Source: an uncultured archaeon (GTDB lineage Archaea > Asgardarchaeota > Heimdallarchaeia > Heimdallarchaeales > Heimdallarchaeaceae). Taken from it: a stretch of DNA of 64,000 nucleotides. Below, in pieces: positions 43,780-53,247 of the stretch. The position numbers and the translations under genes are program-made. The DNA lies in NCBI GenBank assembly GCA_964590855.1, contig CAZPXJ010000002.1, positions 21,814-85,813 of the forward strand, read 5' to 3'. The notes under the pieces are model-generated. The model saw only the letters and a program-made list of their open reading frames with translations, was not told the origin of the DNA and did no database searches. Each line of letters opens with the position of its first letter. Position 1 is the first letter of the stretch.

Positions 43780-45162
43780 TTAAGCAAATGTAATTGGTTC
43801 GTGAGAGACTATTAATCCAAAGAGTAATCCTGCTAGTACTGTAAATATCATTACTAGTAGAACATACACGAAATTCTTCTTATCTCCTATAAATTTTCGT
43901 GTGACCAAAATACTTTGAATTGATAGTTCTGGATCTGCTAAGAGATAAGCAAGTAAAACTCCTCTAGACATACCTAGTTCTAGAAACATCTGCGCAATTG
44001 GTACTTCCATTAATGTTGGAAAATATGCTACAACACCAAATGTAACACCTGCCAAATTTGCCATTACTGTGTTTCTTCCAGCAATGCTCTGAATGAATTC
44101 TGGTGGAATGAGTTGCCTTAACAAACCAGCAAGAAAAACCCCTAGAATTAGATATGGGAAAATTTTCTTAACAAAGATCCATGTTTCCATCATCCATTCT
44201 TTACCATCTTCTTTGTCAAATTTCTTTATAGCATAAACCGCAATAACTATTCCAACAATAAGCGAAAGAACTGCCTTCATACCCATATTTGCTAAATCTA
44301 CTCTAAAAGCTTCAGATGCAAAATACTCCAAAGTTCCCACTAACTCTGATCCTCCCCCAGTTGTAGAAAAATAACTGATTTGTGAGGTACCAGTAAAGAG
44401 AAGATAAGTTAAACCAAGAAAAATATTGGCTCTAGTGTTCTGAATGACTAAACAACAAACGATTAAGAGCAATAGTCCTGAACCCCAGATGATTGTCTGA
44501 ATTAAAGCTGGATTAGTAACACCAACTGACTGTAAATTACTTTTATTTAGAAATGCAATAAGAACACCAATAACGATTACTGAACTAGCCAAAATTCCTT
44601 TCAATATGTTTGCTGGTTTAATCTCTCTTCTTTCTTTAATTTTAGAAATTTGATTTTTTTCTTCGACTTCTTCTTTATTAACTTCTAACTTTTCTTCTCC
44701 ATTTTTTCTATCCCTAAAGATTAGATCCATCAGTAATCCAATAACAACTGCAAATACTAGAGCAAGAATAGCTCTAGCTATAGCAATATCCATACCTATC
44801 AGAGTACCTGTGTAAGTTAATGCTAAAATATTAACTGCAGGGGCTGCAAATAAGAATGTCATCGCAGGACCAAGACCTGCACCTTTTCTCTTAATTCCTG
44901 CAAATAATGGTAAAACTGTACATGAACAAACTGCAAGTAGGAATCCTGAAATTGCTGCAACAGGATACGCTATGTATTTTTTTGAATCTTTTCCCATATA
45001 CTTAATTATCAAATCCTTTGGGACAAAAACAACCATAGCTCCAGCGATAAAGAACGCAGGAATCAAACATAATAACACATGTAGTGATAAATAATCTGCG
45101 AGAGCTAAGACTCCCCCTAAAAGTACTTCTCCTAACTTTTCAATCCAAAGCAATTGAACCAT
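43780..45162 (-). CDS. COG0701/DUF318-type permease (ArsP-like putative metalloid/organoarsenical efflux permease)
   Basis: It has CSCTVLPLFAGIKRKGAGLGPAMTFLFAAPAVN and two 5-6-TM halves joined by a charged linker. It is followed by the thioredoxin-like gene and diverges from an ArsR gene. Confidence 0.7.
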   Translation of the reverse strand: MVQLLWIEKLGEVLLGGVLALADYLSLHVLLCLIPAFFIAGAMVVFVPKDLIIKYMGKDSKKYIAYPVAAISGFLLAVCSCTVLPLFAGIKRKGAGLGPAMTFLFAAPAVNILALTYTGTLIGMDIAIARAILALVFAVVIGLLMDLIFRDRKNGEEKLEVNKEEVEEKNQISKIKERREIKPANILKGILASSVIVIGVLIAFLNKSNLQSVGVTNPALIQTIIWGSGLLLLIVCCLVIQNTRANIFLGLTYLLFTGTSQISYFSTTGGGSELVGTLEYFASEAFRVDLANMGMKAVLSLIVGIVIAVYAIKKFDKEDGKEWMMETWIFVKKIFPYLILGVFLAGLLRQLIPPEFIQSIAGRNTVMANLAGVTFGVVAYFPTLMEVPIAQMFLELGMSRGVLLAYLLADPELSIQSILVTRKFIGDKKNFVYVLLVMIFTVLAGLLFGLIVSHEPITFA

Positions 45163-45179
45163 TACTTCACCATCAATTC

Positions 45180-45203
45180 ATATCGATATTTTTCGATATA
45201 TAA
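45180..45203. promoter_or_regulatory. Candidate ArsR operator in the divergent promoter: palindrome ATATCGATAT plus a repeated half-site TCGATATA, overlapping a TATA-like ATATATAAAT
   Basis: Read directly. It lies in the 77-nt gap between the permease start (45162) and the ArsR start (45240). Confidence 0.45.
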
Positions 45204-45239
45204 ATGTGGTGGTTTTGCGGTTTTAAGCTTTGCTAAAAT

Positions 45240-45710
45240 ATGGTTTTGATAGAAACTCTTATTTCATTAAATGAAAAATGTATAGTGCAAATGTCTAATA
45301 ATCACGAACAATCAAAAAGAGATCTTGAACTAAAATTAGTTCAATTGTATGAACAAGGAGTTGTAAATGAGATTGCGGTAGAGAGAATCTCTGATTTAGA
45401 AAAGATTGAGAAACTTATACCTACTATGAAGAAGGATGAGAAGATAAACAAGATGTTAAAATTGTTCAAAGCATTAGCAAACAAAAATCGTCTACTAATT
45501 CTTTGGTTGTTAATGAATGATGTTAGGTGTGCGTGTGAAATTGAGCATTTGCTTAACTTGTCACAATCTACTGTATCTCACCACATTAGTTCTCTTGTTG
45601 AGGTTGGTGCAATAGATGCAATAAAATCTGGCAAATGGAACTTAGTTGAATTGAATGAAGAAGCTTTTACAAAGGAATTCTTCCTTTCCTTATTGAGTTC
45701 AATAATCTAG
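45240..45710 (+). CDS. arsR: ArsR/SmtB-family metalloregulator
   Basis: It has LFKALANKNRLLILWLLMNDVRCACEIEHLLNLSQSTVSHHISSLVEVG, a wHTH with a CxC metal/metalloid-site motif. An alternative ATG lies at 45291. Confidence 0.85.
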   Translation: MVLIETLISLNEKCIVQMSNNHEQSKRDLELKLVQLYEQGVVNEIAVERISDLEKIEKLIPTMKKDEKINKMLKLFKALANKNRLLILWLLMNDVRCACEIEHLLNLSQSTVSHHISSLVEVGAIDAIKSGKWNLVELNEEAFTKEFFLSLLSSII

Positions 45711-45744
45711 AAATAGTTTGTATCATAGTGAGGGAGAAATCTTT

Positions 45745-45764
45745 AAAGTCATCTTTATGACTTT
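45745..45764 (+). terminator. Hairpin AAAGTCAT-CTTT-ATGACTTT followed by a T-rich tract
   Basis: It is an 8-bp perfect stem 35 nt after the arsR stop. It could alternatively be an operator for the downstream acyl-CoA dehydrogenase. Confidence 0.3.
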
Positions 45765-45794
45765 CTCTTTAATTATTATTTGGAAGTATAAACA

Positions 45795-47039
45795 ATGTAT
45801 GATCAGTTTAGTGAAATCGGTCCTCATTTTGAGTTAAGTGAAACACACAAAATGGTTCGTCAAAGTATTAGAGAATTTGCTGAAGCAGAGATTGCACCAC
45901 ATGTTAAGGAGTGGGATCAAGCTCAGAAATTTCATAGACCAATCTTGAAAAAAATGGCTGAACAAGGAATTTTAGGATTAAGCATTCCTGTGAAATATGG
46001 TGGAGGGGGATTAGATTATCTCTCTCTTGCTATAGCGTGTGAAGAATTAGAACGAATTGATACTGCTTTCAGAGTAATTTTATCTGTCCATAATGGTTTA
46101 GTTAGCTCAACTATTTGGCAATGGGGTACTATGGAGCAAAAGAAGCAATACTTACCAACTTTAGCTGCTGGAGAGAAGATGAGTACATTTGGTTTAACTG
46201 AACCAGCTGCAGGAAGTGATCCAGCAGGACTCTTAGCTACATGTAAGCTAGAAGGAGATGAGTGGATACTTAATGGAGAGAAGATGTGGATCTCATATAC
46301 AGAATCTTCAGACATATTTCTTGTATTTGCATATGAGGTGGATGTTCGTCACAAAGGTATGAGAGCATTTATTATTGAGCGTGATTTTGGTGGAGTAACC
46401 TCTGGAAATATCCATAATAAAATGGGAGTAAAAGCTGGAGAAACTGGATGGGTTAATTTTGAAAACACTCCTGTTCCAAAAGAAAATCTTCTTGGAGAAC
46501 CAGATGAAGGTTTCAAGGTAGCCATGGCAGGTCTAGACTGGGGACGATATACTGTTGCAGCTGGAGCCGTAGGTGGAGCAAAAGCCTCCTTAGAAGCTGC
46601 TGTAAAGTATGCTAATGAACGTGAAACCTTCGGTAAAAAAATCGGTCATCATCAATTTGTACAAGGAATGATTGCAGACAGTGTTGCTGATATTGAAGCC
46701 GCTGAGCTTCTGACATGGAAAGCTGGCTGGACAAAGAACCGTGGAAGAGTAAATACACGTGAAACTGCAATGGCTAAATGGTACGCAACAAATGCTGCAG
46801 TTAGATGTGCAGATCGAGCAATACAGATTCATGGAGCTTATGGATTCTGTGATGATTATCCTGTGGCAAGATATTATAGAAATGTTCGAGGAGCAACCAT
46901 CTATGAAGGAAGCAATGAAATTCAAAAGATTATCCAAGCTAGATACGCTCTAGGTTATTATGAAGATAAACCTCTTCGTTGTATGCCACCAGTATATGAT
47001 CCCGATGAATGGGCTAAAGAAGATACAGATAAATTCTAA
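45795..47039 (+). CDS. Acyl-CoA dehydrogenase
   Basis: It has the ACAD N/M/C domains, GLTEPAAGSDPAG, the catalytic-base region RGATIYEGSNEIQ, and FGKKIGHHQFVQ. Confidence 0.9.
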   Translation: MYDQFSEIGPHFELSETHKMVRQSIREFAEAEIAPHVKEWDQAQKFHRPILKKMAEQGILGLSIPVKYGGGGLDYLSLAIACEELERIDTAFRVILSVHNGLVSSTIWQWGTMEQKKQYLPTLAAGEKMSTFGLTEPAAGSDPAGLLATCKLEGDEWILNGEKMWISYTESSDIFLVFAYEVDVRHKGMRAFIIERDFGGVTSGNIHNKMGVKAGETGWVNFENTPVPKENLLGEPDEGFKVAMAGLDWGRYTVAAGAVGGAKASLEAAVKYANERETFGKKIGHHQFVQGMIADSVADIEAAELLTWKAGWTKNRGRVNTRETAMAKWYATNAAVRCADRAIQIHGAYGFCDDYPVARYYRNVRGATIYEGSNEIQKIIQARYALGYYEDKPLRCMPPVYDPDEWAKEDTDKF

Positions 47040-47165
47040 TATTCTTCTCTTTTCTATTTTAGAACTTCAGAAATCTATTAATGTGGATTATGAAATTTTA
47101 TATTATGAGTGAAGAATTCATTTGTTATGTTTTTTTTCACAATTCTTACTTGGAAAAAAGTGTGC

Positions 47166-47600
47166 TTAGGAAAATCTGCTCTCGATTTCTTTAACAACTT
47201 TTTTCATTATTTCATTGACTTCATCAGCAAGTTCGTTTAGTTTATCTACTTTGACTACACTCATAGCTTCTTTTGGATTCAATGCGGAAACAACTATCTT
47301 TCCCTTTTCGTTTTCATAAATAATGACATTACATGGTAATAGTGCGCCTATTTCCGGAACTAATACAATGGCTTTGTGAGCAAATGGAGGATTACAAGCT
47401 CCGAGAATTTTATAGGGTTTAATGTCAGCCCCTATCTTCTTCTTCAGAGTTTCTTTTGCATCTATCTCTGTTAATATACCAAAACCATGTTCAGCAAGAA
47501 CTTCTCTTGTAACTGTTTCAACTTCACTAAATTTATCATAACCAACGTTAAGTTCAGTGGTAATTACGAGTGACATGATTTTTCGTAGTATTGAAAACAA
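47166..47600 (-). CDS. DUF302 domain protein
   Basis: It has GFGILTEIDAKETLKKKIGADIKPYKILGACNPPFA. Confidence 0.75.
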   Translation of the reverse strand: MFSILRKIMSLVITTELNVGYDKFSEVETVTREVLAEHGFGILTEIDAKETLKKKIGADIKPYKILGACNPPFAHKAIVLVPEIGALLPCNVIIYENEKGKIVVSALNPKEAMSVVKVDKLNELADEVNEIMKKVVKEIESRFS

Positions 47601-47646
47601 ATAAGTTTTTACCTATTTGGTCTTGTGCTAAATCGTGAATCTGATT

Positions 47647-49104
47647 TTATTCCTCTTTTTCTTTCTTTGTGTCATTTAATTTCTTAGAAGTTTTTCTGAT
47701 ACTGTCCATAAATGGATCAAAATTCCCAAAGTAAATTACCGGTAAAGATAACAAGAAGAACGCTGCTACGATAGGACCCATCCATTGAAGACCAACACCA
47801 GATCTGAATTCAAGATATAGGGGAAGCTTACTAATCGTTAAACCTGAACGAATTCCTGAACTGTGAGGAGTATGAATAAAAGGAATTAACAGAAAAGCTG
47901 CAGCTTGAAAAATATTCAATGGAATAGAATTGAAACCTGTATACATTCCAGCTCTAGACTCATTGGTTTTTCTCTCATCTTCATCTGCGAGATCGCCTAT
48001 AATGGCATTAGGTAATAAATAGGTAGTAGACAACCCAAAACCTAAGAAAATCCCAAATACCCAAGTTTCGACTGTATCTGGAATTATTGGAATTTTACCT
48101 AAAACTAATGTTAAAGGAAGAATAACAATAAGGCAACCATAACTGATGAATAGACTATGCCTTTTCCCAATTTTCTTTGACATTTTCTCCCAGAAAATGA
48201 AACTTGCCATCGTCGTCCCAAACATTGCTGCTGCAAAAACAGCAAATTCAGTCATACCAGTGAGTCCTAGAAAACTTATCAAATTAAAAGTCAAAGCTGA
48301 AAAAATTGTCAACCCCATAGAATAGATTCCCTGAGTTATAAACCAGAGAACATAATTTTTATTTGATAGCACTATTTTGAACTCTCTCATAACATTCCTT
48401 TCTTTTCTAATAACTGGTTCTTCTGGGACTTTAAGTAGCGCAGGCAAGAATGCTACAACTTCAATAACTGCGAAAATAATAACTGCAATTAGTATTATTA
48501 ACCCTAATTCACTAAAAATAGCATTAACTGCTCCAACCTCTTTGATTTTTGTATCAAGCATTCCTGAAAAGATGAACGCAAAAGCTAATCCACCAACTGT
48601 TGCTATCAGATTTGCAGTATTTTGAATTCCTGACATTGCTACTCTATCTTGTTCTGTCGTCACTTCTGGCATCCATGCTTGATACGGCGTTGTTAAATAT
48701 CCATAGAAGAGATTAAACAACGAATTCCAGATTAATAACCATGCAAATACAAGCATGTCTTTATCGAGAGGAATAAAATAATGTGGGATAAACAACATAA
48801 CAAAAGTAACTGCTAAAGCTGGAGCACCAGTCCAGACAAAGAATTTTCTTCTACCTAACTTTGGATTTTTCAGAATATCTGAGATATATCCAAAGATAAA
48901 ACCAGAAAAAGCGATTACTATCTTGCCTACAGCATTTCCAATAGCATTTAGTGATTGATCTAACTCAAAAGCGGTACTGTAAATATACACGATTGCAAGA
49001 GTTACAATCTGCATAAATATTGCTGTTCCAAATTTTCCAAAACCAAATGCTATCCTTTGACCTCTAGATAATTTATGACTGACATCACTGGACGTGACTG
49101 ACAT
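47647..49104 (-). CDS. GPH-family MFS transporter (paralogue of 36210..37652)
   Basis: It shares blocks with the paralogue: GNAVGKIVI..FGYISD..LGRRKFFVWTGAPALAVTFVMLFIPHYFIP and DLADEDERKTNESRAGMYTG. Confidence 0.75.
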   Translation of the reverse strand: MSVTSSDVSHKLSRGQRIAFGFGKFGTAIFMQIVTLAIVYIYSTAFELDQSLNAIGNAVGKIVIAFSGFIFGYISDILKNPKLGRRKFFVWTGAPALAVTFVMLFIPHYFIPLDKDMLVFAWLLIWNSLFNLFYGYLTTPYQAWMPEVTTEQDRVAMSGIQNTANLIATVGGLAFAFIFSGMLDTKIKEVGAVNAIFSELGLIILIAVIIFAVIEVVAFLPALLKVPEEPVIRKERNVMREFKIVLSNKNYVLWFITQGIYSMGLTIFSALTFNLISFLGLTGMTEFAVFAAAMFGTTMASFIFWEKMSKKIGKRHSLFISYGCLIVILPLTLVLGKIPIIPDTVETWVFGIFLGFGLSTTYLLPNAIIGDLADEDERKTNESRAGMYTGFNSIPLNIFQAAAFLLIPFIHTPHSSGIRSGLTISKLPLYLEFRSGVGLQWMGPIVAAFFLLSLPVIYFGNFDPFMDSIRKTSKKLNDTKKEKEE

Positions 49105-49166
49105 GGATTAAAGTTTTATCTATCAATTATAAAAGAATTATGTGAAAAAAAAGAAGAATTTAGATT

Positions 49167-50567
49167 TTAGTTTATTTTCTTCTTACGTTTCATGCTTAAA
49201 ACTAATCCAACTGCTGCAAAAACAATAGTGAAACCATACCCTACTGATGAATCAGTAGTAGTGTCTGTTACTGTTATTAATACTTCATCTGATGCACAAT
49301 TTCCACTAGTATCAAAGAAAACGATGGTATAGTTATACTTTCCAGGTTCAAGACCATCTATGTTAAAAATTAGTTGTTCTGAGCTTGTCCATAGGCCAGT
49401 TTCATCTAGTGAACCATTGATATAAAGATAATAGTCAGCTGATTTCATATCAGTTGCAGTCCAAACTATTTCATTCCCGATAGATCCCTCTTCATAAGTA
49501 ATATCTGGTTGTTCTATTAGTTCAGGCATAATTGTGTCAATTACAGTGACATTGACTTCATCATACCCCATATTTCCGAATAAATCATAAAATTCAATTC
49601 GATAAAGATGGGTTCCAAGATCAAGACCATCTATATTGACAGTTATGGATGTTTCATTAGTCCATGTGTCACTATCAAATAAATTACCATCAAGGTATAG
49701 ATTATATGTTGAAGGATTAAAATCAAATGCTTTCCAAACTATATCATTTCCACTTGTACCCAATTCATAGGTAAAATTATCCTGTTCAACTACATTTGGT
49801 TGAGTATCATCTTCTTCAACAGTAACAAGGACTTCATCGAATGCCATGTTTCCAAATAGATCATAAAACTCAATCTTGTATACGTATACTCCAACACTAA
49901 GTCCATCTATGTCTAATTCAATTAGCTCTCCACTTACCCAAGTATGATCAAATTGGTGAGTACTGTTGATGTATATAGAATATGACCAAGGTCTGAGATC
50001 GGTGGCAATCCATTTAATACTGTTTTCAATACTTCCTACTTCATATATTACGTCATTAGACTGTGTAACAATTGGAGCAGTTGTGTCCTCCACTGCAACT
50101 AAAATTTGTTCTGATATGACATAATTGCCAAGAGTATCACTTAATACTAGATAGTAATAATAGTCTCCTATACCTAATCCATCTAAATTTACAACAATAG
50201 ATTGCTTATCTAACCAACTATCATTATATTGGAAAATGCCATCTTTATAGACGCTATAAACATGGGGGTTGAAATCGGATACATTGAACAACAGATTGTT
50301 ATTGGAAGTACCTAACTCAACAAGGAGGTTATCAGTATATTCCAAAATCTCTGGTACAACGTTGTCAATTGTTATCTGTCCAACCGTATCGGTTCCAATA
50401 AGATCTACTAGGTCTCTGGCAACAATACGAATTTCATATAGACTCAGGTAATAACGTTGTGTCCCAAGGTAAAGCATTGCTATAATCACCATCCGAATCG
50501 GAAATAGTTTCCCATTCTGTCCAAATTTCGTTCTCCCAAAACCGATATTGCCAATAAGCATCCACAA
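49167..50567 (-). CDS. C-terminal segment of a frameshift-split giant surface protein: four ~95-aa Ig-like tandem repeats plus a TM anchor
   Basis: The repeats share Y.(V/L)G...N.I.W.A.D..P..Y.(L/I)Y..G......W......I...IDGL..G.Y.Y.I.F.D..GN...DEV.VTV.D. The C-terminus is FTIVFAAVGLVLSM-KRKKK. It has no signal peptide of its own. The first ~43 codons of the track ORF overlap the real frame of 50434..53148 and are probably not coding. Confidence 0.6.
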   Translation of the reverse strand: MWMLIGNIGFGRTKFGQNGKLFPIRMVIIAMLYLGTQRYYLSLYEIRIVARDLVDLIGTDTVGQITIDNVVPEILEYTDNLLVELGTSNNNLLFNVSDFNPHVYSVYKDGIFQYNDSWLDKQSIVVNLDGLGIGDYYYYLVLSDTLGNYVISEQILVAVEDTTAPIVTQSNDVIYEVGSIENSIKWIATDLRPWSYSIYINSTHQFDHTWVSGELIELDIDGLSVGVYVYKIEFYDLFGNMAFDEVLVTVEEDDTQPNVVEQDNFTYELGTSGNDIVWKAFDFNPSTYNLYLDGNLFDSDTWTNETSITVNIDGLDLGTHLYRIEFYDLFGNMGYDEVNVTVIDTIMPELIEQPDITYEEGSIGNEIVWTATDMKSADYYLYINGSLDETGLWTSSEQLIFNIDGLEPGKYNYTIVFFDTSGNCASDEVLITVTDTTTDSSVGYGFTIVFAAVGLVLSMKRKKKIN

Positions 50568-53148
50568 TATCAGCCGATTCTGTACTCCATTCTAATGAAA
50601 TAACTCCCTTTAGCATTTCGTTATCTGTCAAGCTAGTTATTCCTACAGATGGGATGATATTGTCAACAGTATATAGTTGGGTTTCCGCTGTAGTAAATGT
50701 GTTGCCAAAAATATCTGTTACTTTCACTTTGAAAGAGTAGCTCTGACCATTTACCAACGTATCTGTATCTAAATCATAATAACTTGTAGATGTAGAAGCT
50801 ACTGAAGTTGAATCAACAAACCATTCATATGTTCTTATATCTGGATCTTGTCCAGTAACACTTAACCGTGTAATTCCACTGATATAAGTTGTACTTTGGT
50901 CTAGATATGTCGGACTGATATTAGATAAAACTATTTCTGCTCCATGATGTTCGGCCTTATGATCTATACTCAATTTTACACCATATCGCTTAAGTTCTGA
51001 TTCCTTACCTAAATTGTCGAATAGACGATAATCAAGGAAAAACATTGTATCATGAATTTGGAGAGTAGGTAAATCAAATAAATTATCAAGTCTTAGTGTG
51101 TATACTTTGTGTCCTTCTAAGGTATAGACATATGTGAAACCTGTTACAGTACCCTCATAATGAATAACATCTTCCAATGGCCAGGATAAGTCTGTCCAAA
51201 TTCTCACATACATGCTTGCTATCCCATCGTCTCTTTCATTTATACCGACATTATCATAAGCAGTCACTGTCCAATCTGTAGATTCGTGAACATAAGTAGT
51301 ATCATCAACCTTGTAAGCACTACTGAAGAAGGTAGCCTCTTCGTAAAGTACTGGACCCTTGTTGTTTGTTTTAACCCAAATGTTAGAATTTTCTCTGCCA
51401 TTACCCAACCTGTCTTCAGTGTAGTAACTCAATTGATATCCAGGATCAGCATCAGGTAATCCATTGACATTCCAGACGATAGCTCCATCTCCCATACCTA
51501 TGGTCTGCCAATTATTGTAAATGTCCTTATATTTCCAGATATCTTCATCTCTATCCACTCCACAACCACTGTAATCTGTTGGATTTGCATAATCTTGTGC
51601 AAGACTGAGCGTTCCAGACGCAATATCATCTAACGCTACGGAACTAGATTTTACTAGATTATCGTAATTTACATTTGAATATGATCCCGAATAATCCCAA
51701 TAGAAAATTTCTCCATAATCGCGTGTATTCCAATAATAAGTATCCCGAATTTCTACCATGATCATTGCACCACCAGAGCTCCCCTTACTTAAGTATGGGC
51801 TATAACAATAGGTGTAACTTGTTGGTGTCCATGCACTCCAAGTATCACTATCGATCCTCCAACGATATTCATGAGAACCTGTGCTTGGTAATCCTTCTAT
51901 AGGGGTGAAATCAGCTCTAAACATAACATTGTATTTAAGAAATTCAGGATTAGTAACTCTCAATCCACCAGTAAAGTAGTATATGTCATTAATAATCGGT
52001 CCATTCATTGTGGGTGCATCTCTATCATATACAATCAAGAAATAATTGTTAGCTAAAGCTGTTGCAACAACAGTAAGATCTGCTGCTTTTGCAGTAAAAG
52101 CAAAATGTACCATTCGATAGTCATTACCTCCATTACTCCAAGAATGTCCGTCATCTGTCCATGCGCTTAGATCTAAGTCTACATCTATCTTCATTCCAAT
52201 ACAATAACTACCATCAAAAGTGGGTACCTTGTTATACATGTAAACATAATCATCACTAGGGTCACCAAACCATCTGTAAGCAGCTCCCCCAAAATTGACA
52301 TAATCTCCAACATCTAAATCACTTATTTGAAACATGAAAGCGTTTCCCGGAGATTCATGATAAATGATACCATGAATTCTGTTAGCTTCTGCTGTAAGTT
52401 TGACAGTTGATTCTTTAGTAGCATACCATTTACTGGTGGATGAATCATAATATGCTTTTGTAATTTCATGAAGTTGAACATCAACTTCGATTTCAGCATC
52501 TACACCAAAAAACTCCTCTCGTTTTCTGTCTTCAAAATGTCCTGAATTTCCTTCCCATCCTAGTTCAGCGATTGTATCTGATCCAAAAATCGCCGAATAA
52601 TACCCCCCGCTTGCTCCATTAAGTTCATCATTAATTTGTACTAAAGAGGTTGTTTGAGTAGTATAACCTTCAGAAGTGATTATTTCAGCTGTAATAGCTT
52701 TCAAACCAGCATTATTAAAATTAACTTTCAATTCCCATCTCTTGTTGATTTCATTCAATTTACTACTACCTAAGAAAATAGGCCTTGATGGATCTGTTCT
52801 GTCGAAGAAATCTACTTTAGATATACTACCTGAAGAATCTGGAATTAATATATTTTCATCTAGAAATAGTGTGATTGGTTCCGAAACATAATGATTTGAA
52901 GATTCAGAATAAGTTTTCAACTTGATGTCTACTTCATCTTGAATGTTTTCTGATCTTTTTTCCAAAATTCTGTCTTGACTTGAAGTTAAAATTGATTCTG
53001 GAGAATTGTTAATATCCTCTACTAATCCGTTTCCAATAAAGAACCCATTACTTAAAATAAATAAACACAAAAATCCAAATACATACTTTTTCATTTTAAT
53101 ATACCCAAAATCCTTGAGAAATATAAAACTCTTCTCATTTTTAGTCAA
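50434..53148 (-). CDS. N-terminal segment (904 aa) of the giant surface protein; signal anchor plus multiple beta-rich/Ig-like domains
   Basis: It has an N-terminal hydrophobic anchor (YVFGFLCLFILSNGFFIG). Domain borders of the type VDNIIPSV match the repeats in 49167..50440. The last domain is cut mid-way by the stop at 50434. Confidence 0.65.
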   Translation of the reverse strand: MTKNEKSFIFLKDFGYIKMKKYVFGFLCLFILSNGFFIGNGLVEDINNSPESILTSSQDRILEKRSENIQDEVDIKLKTYSESSNHYVSEPITLFLDENILIPDSSGSISKVDFFDRTDPSRPIFLGSSKLNEINKRWELKVNFNNAGLKAITAEIITSEGYTTQTTSLVQINDELNGASGGYYSAIFGSDTIAELGWEGNSGHFEDRKREEFFGVDAEIEVDVQLHEITKAYYDSSTSKWYATKESTVKLTAEANRIHGIIYHESPGNAFMFQISDLDVGDYVNFGGAAYRWFGDPSDDYVYMYNKVPTFDGSYCIGMKIDVDLDLSAWTDDGHSWSNGGNDYRMVHFAFTAKAADLTVVATALANNYFLIVYDRDAPTMNGPIINDIYYFTGGLRVTNPEFLKYNVMFRADFTPIEGLPSTGSHEYRWRIDSDTWSAWTPTSYTYCYSPYLSKGSSGGAMIMVEIRDTYYWNTRDYGEIFYWDYSGSYSNVNYDNLVKSSSVALDDIASGTLSLAQDYANPTDYSGCGVDRDEDIWKYKDIYNNWQTIGMGDGAIVWNVNGLPDADPGYQLSYYTEDRLGNGRENSNIWVKTNNKGPVLYEEATFFSSAYKVDDTTYVHESTDWTVTAYDNVGINERDDGIASMYVRIWTDLSWPLEDVIHYEGTVTGFTYVYTLEGHKVYTLRLDNLFDLPTLQIHDTMFFLDYRLFDNLGKESELKRYGVKLSIDHKAEHHGAEIVLSNISPTYLDQSTTYISGITRLSVTGQDPDIRTYEWFVDSTSVASTSTSYYDLDTDTLVNGQSYSFKVKVTDIFGNTFTTAETQLYTVDNIIPSVGITSLTDNEMLKGVISLEWSTESADIVDAYWQYRFWENEIWTEWETISDSDGDYSNALPWDTTLLPESI

Positions 53149-53247
53149 AGTTTACTCCCACCGCAAACGCAAACTATTATATTTAGTGATTAGGCATTAT
53201 TTAAAGCTACTCAAATAAATTGTAAAAATTAAAAAAGGAAAATGAAA

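Noticed and set aside
43494-43793. A 99-aa plus-strand ORF overlapping the thioredoxin-like gene.
   Set aside because: It is antisense to an 81-aa ORF that has a CxxC thioredoxin-fold signature and an operonic position behind the permease.
50441-50567. The N-terminal ~43 codons (MWMLIGNIGFGRTKF...) of ORF 49167..50567.
   Set aside because: They overlap the clearly coding frame of 50434..53148 and have no signal peptide or domain-like sequence. I interpret them as read-through upstream of a frameshift junction.
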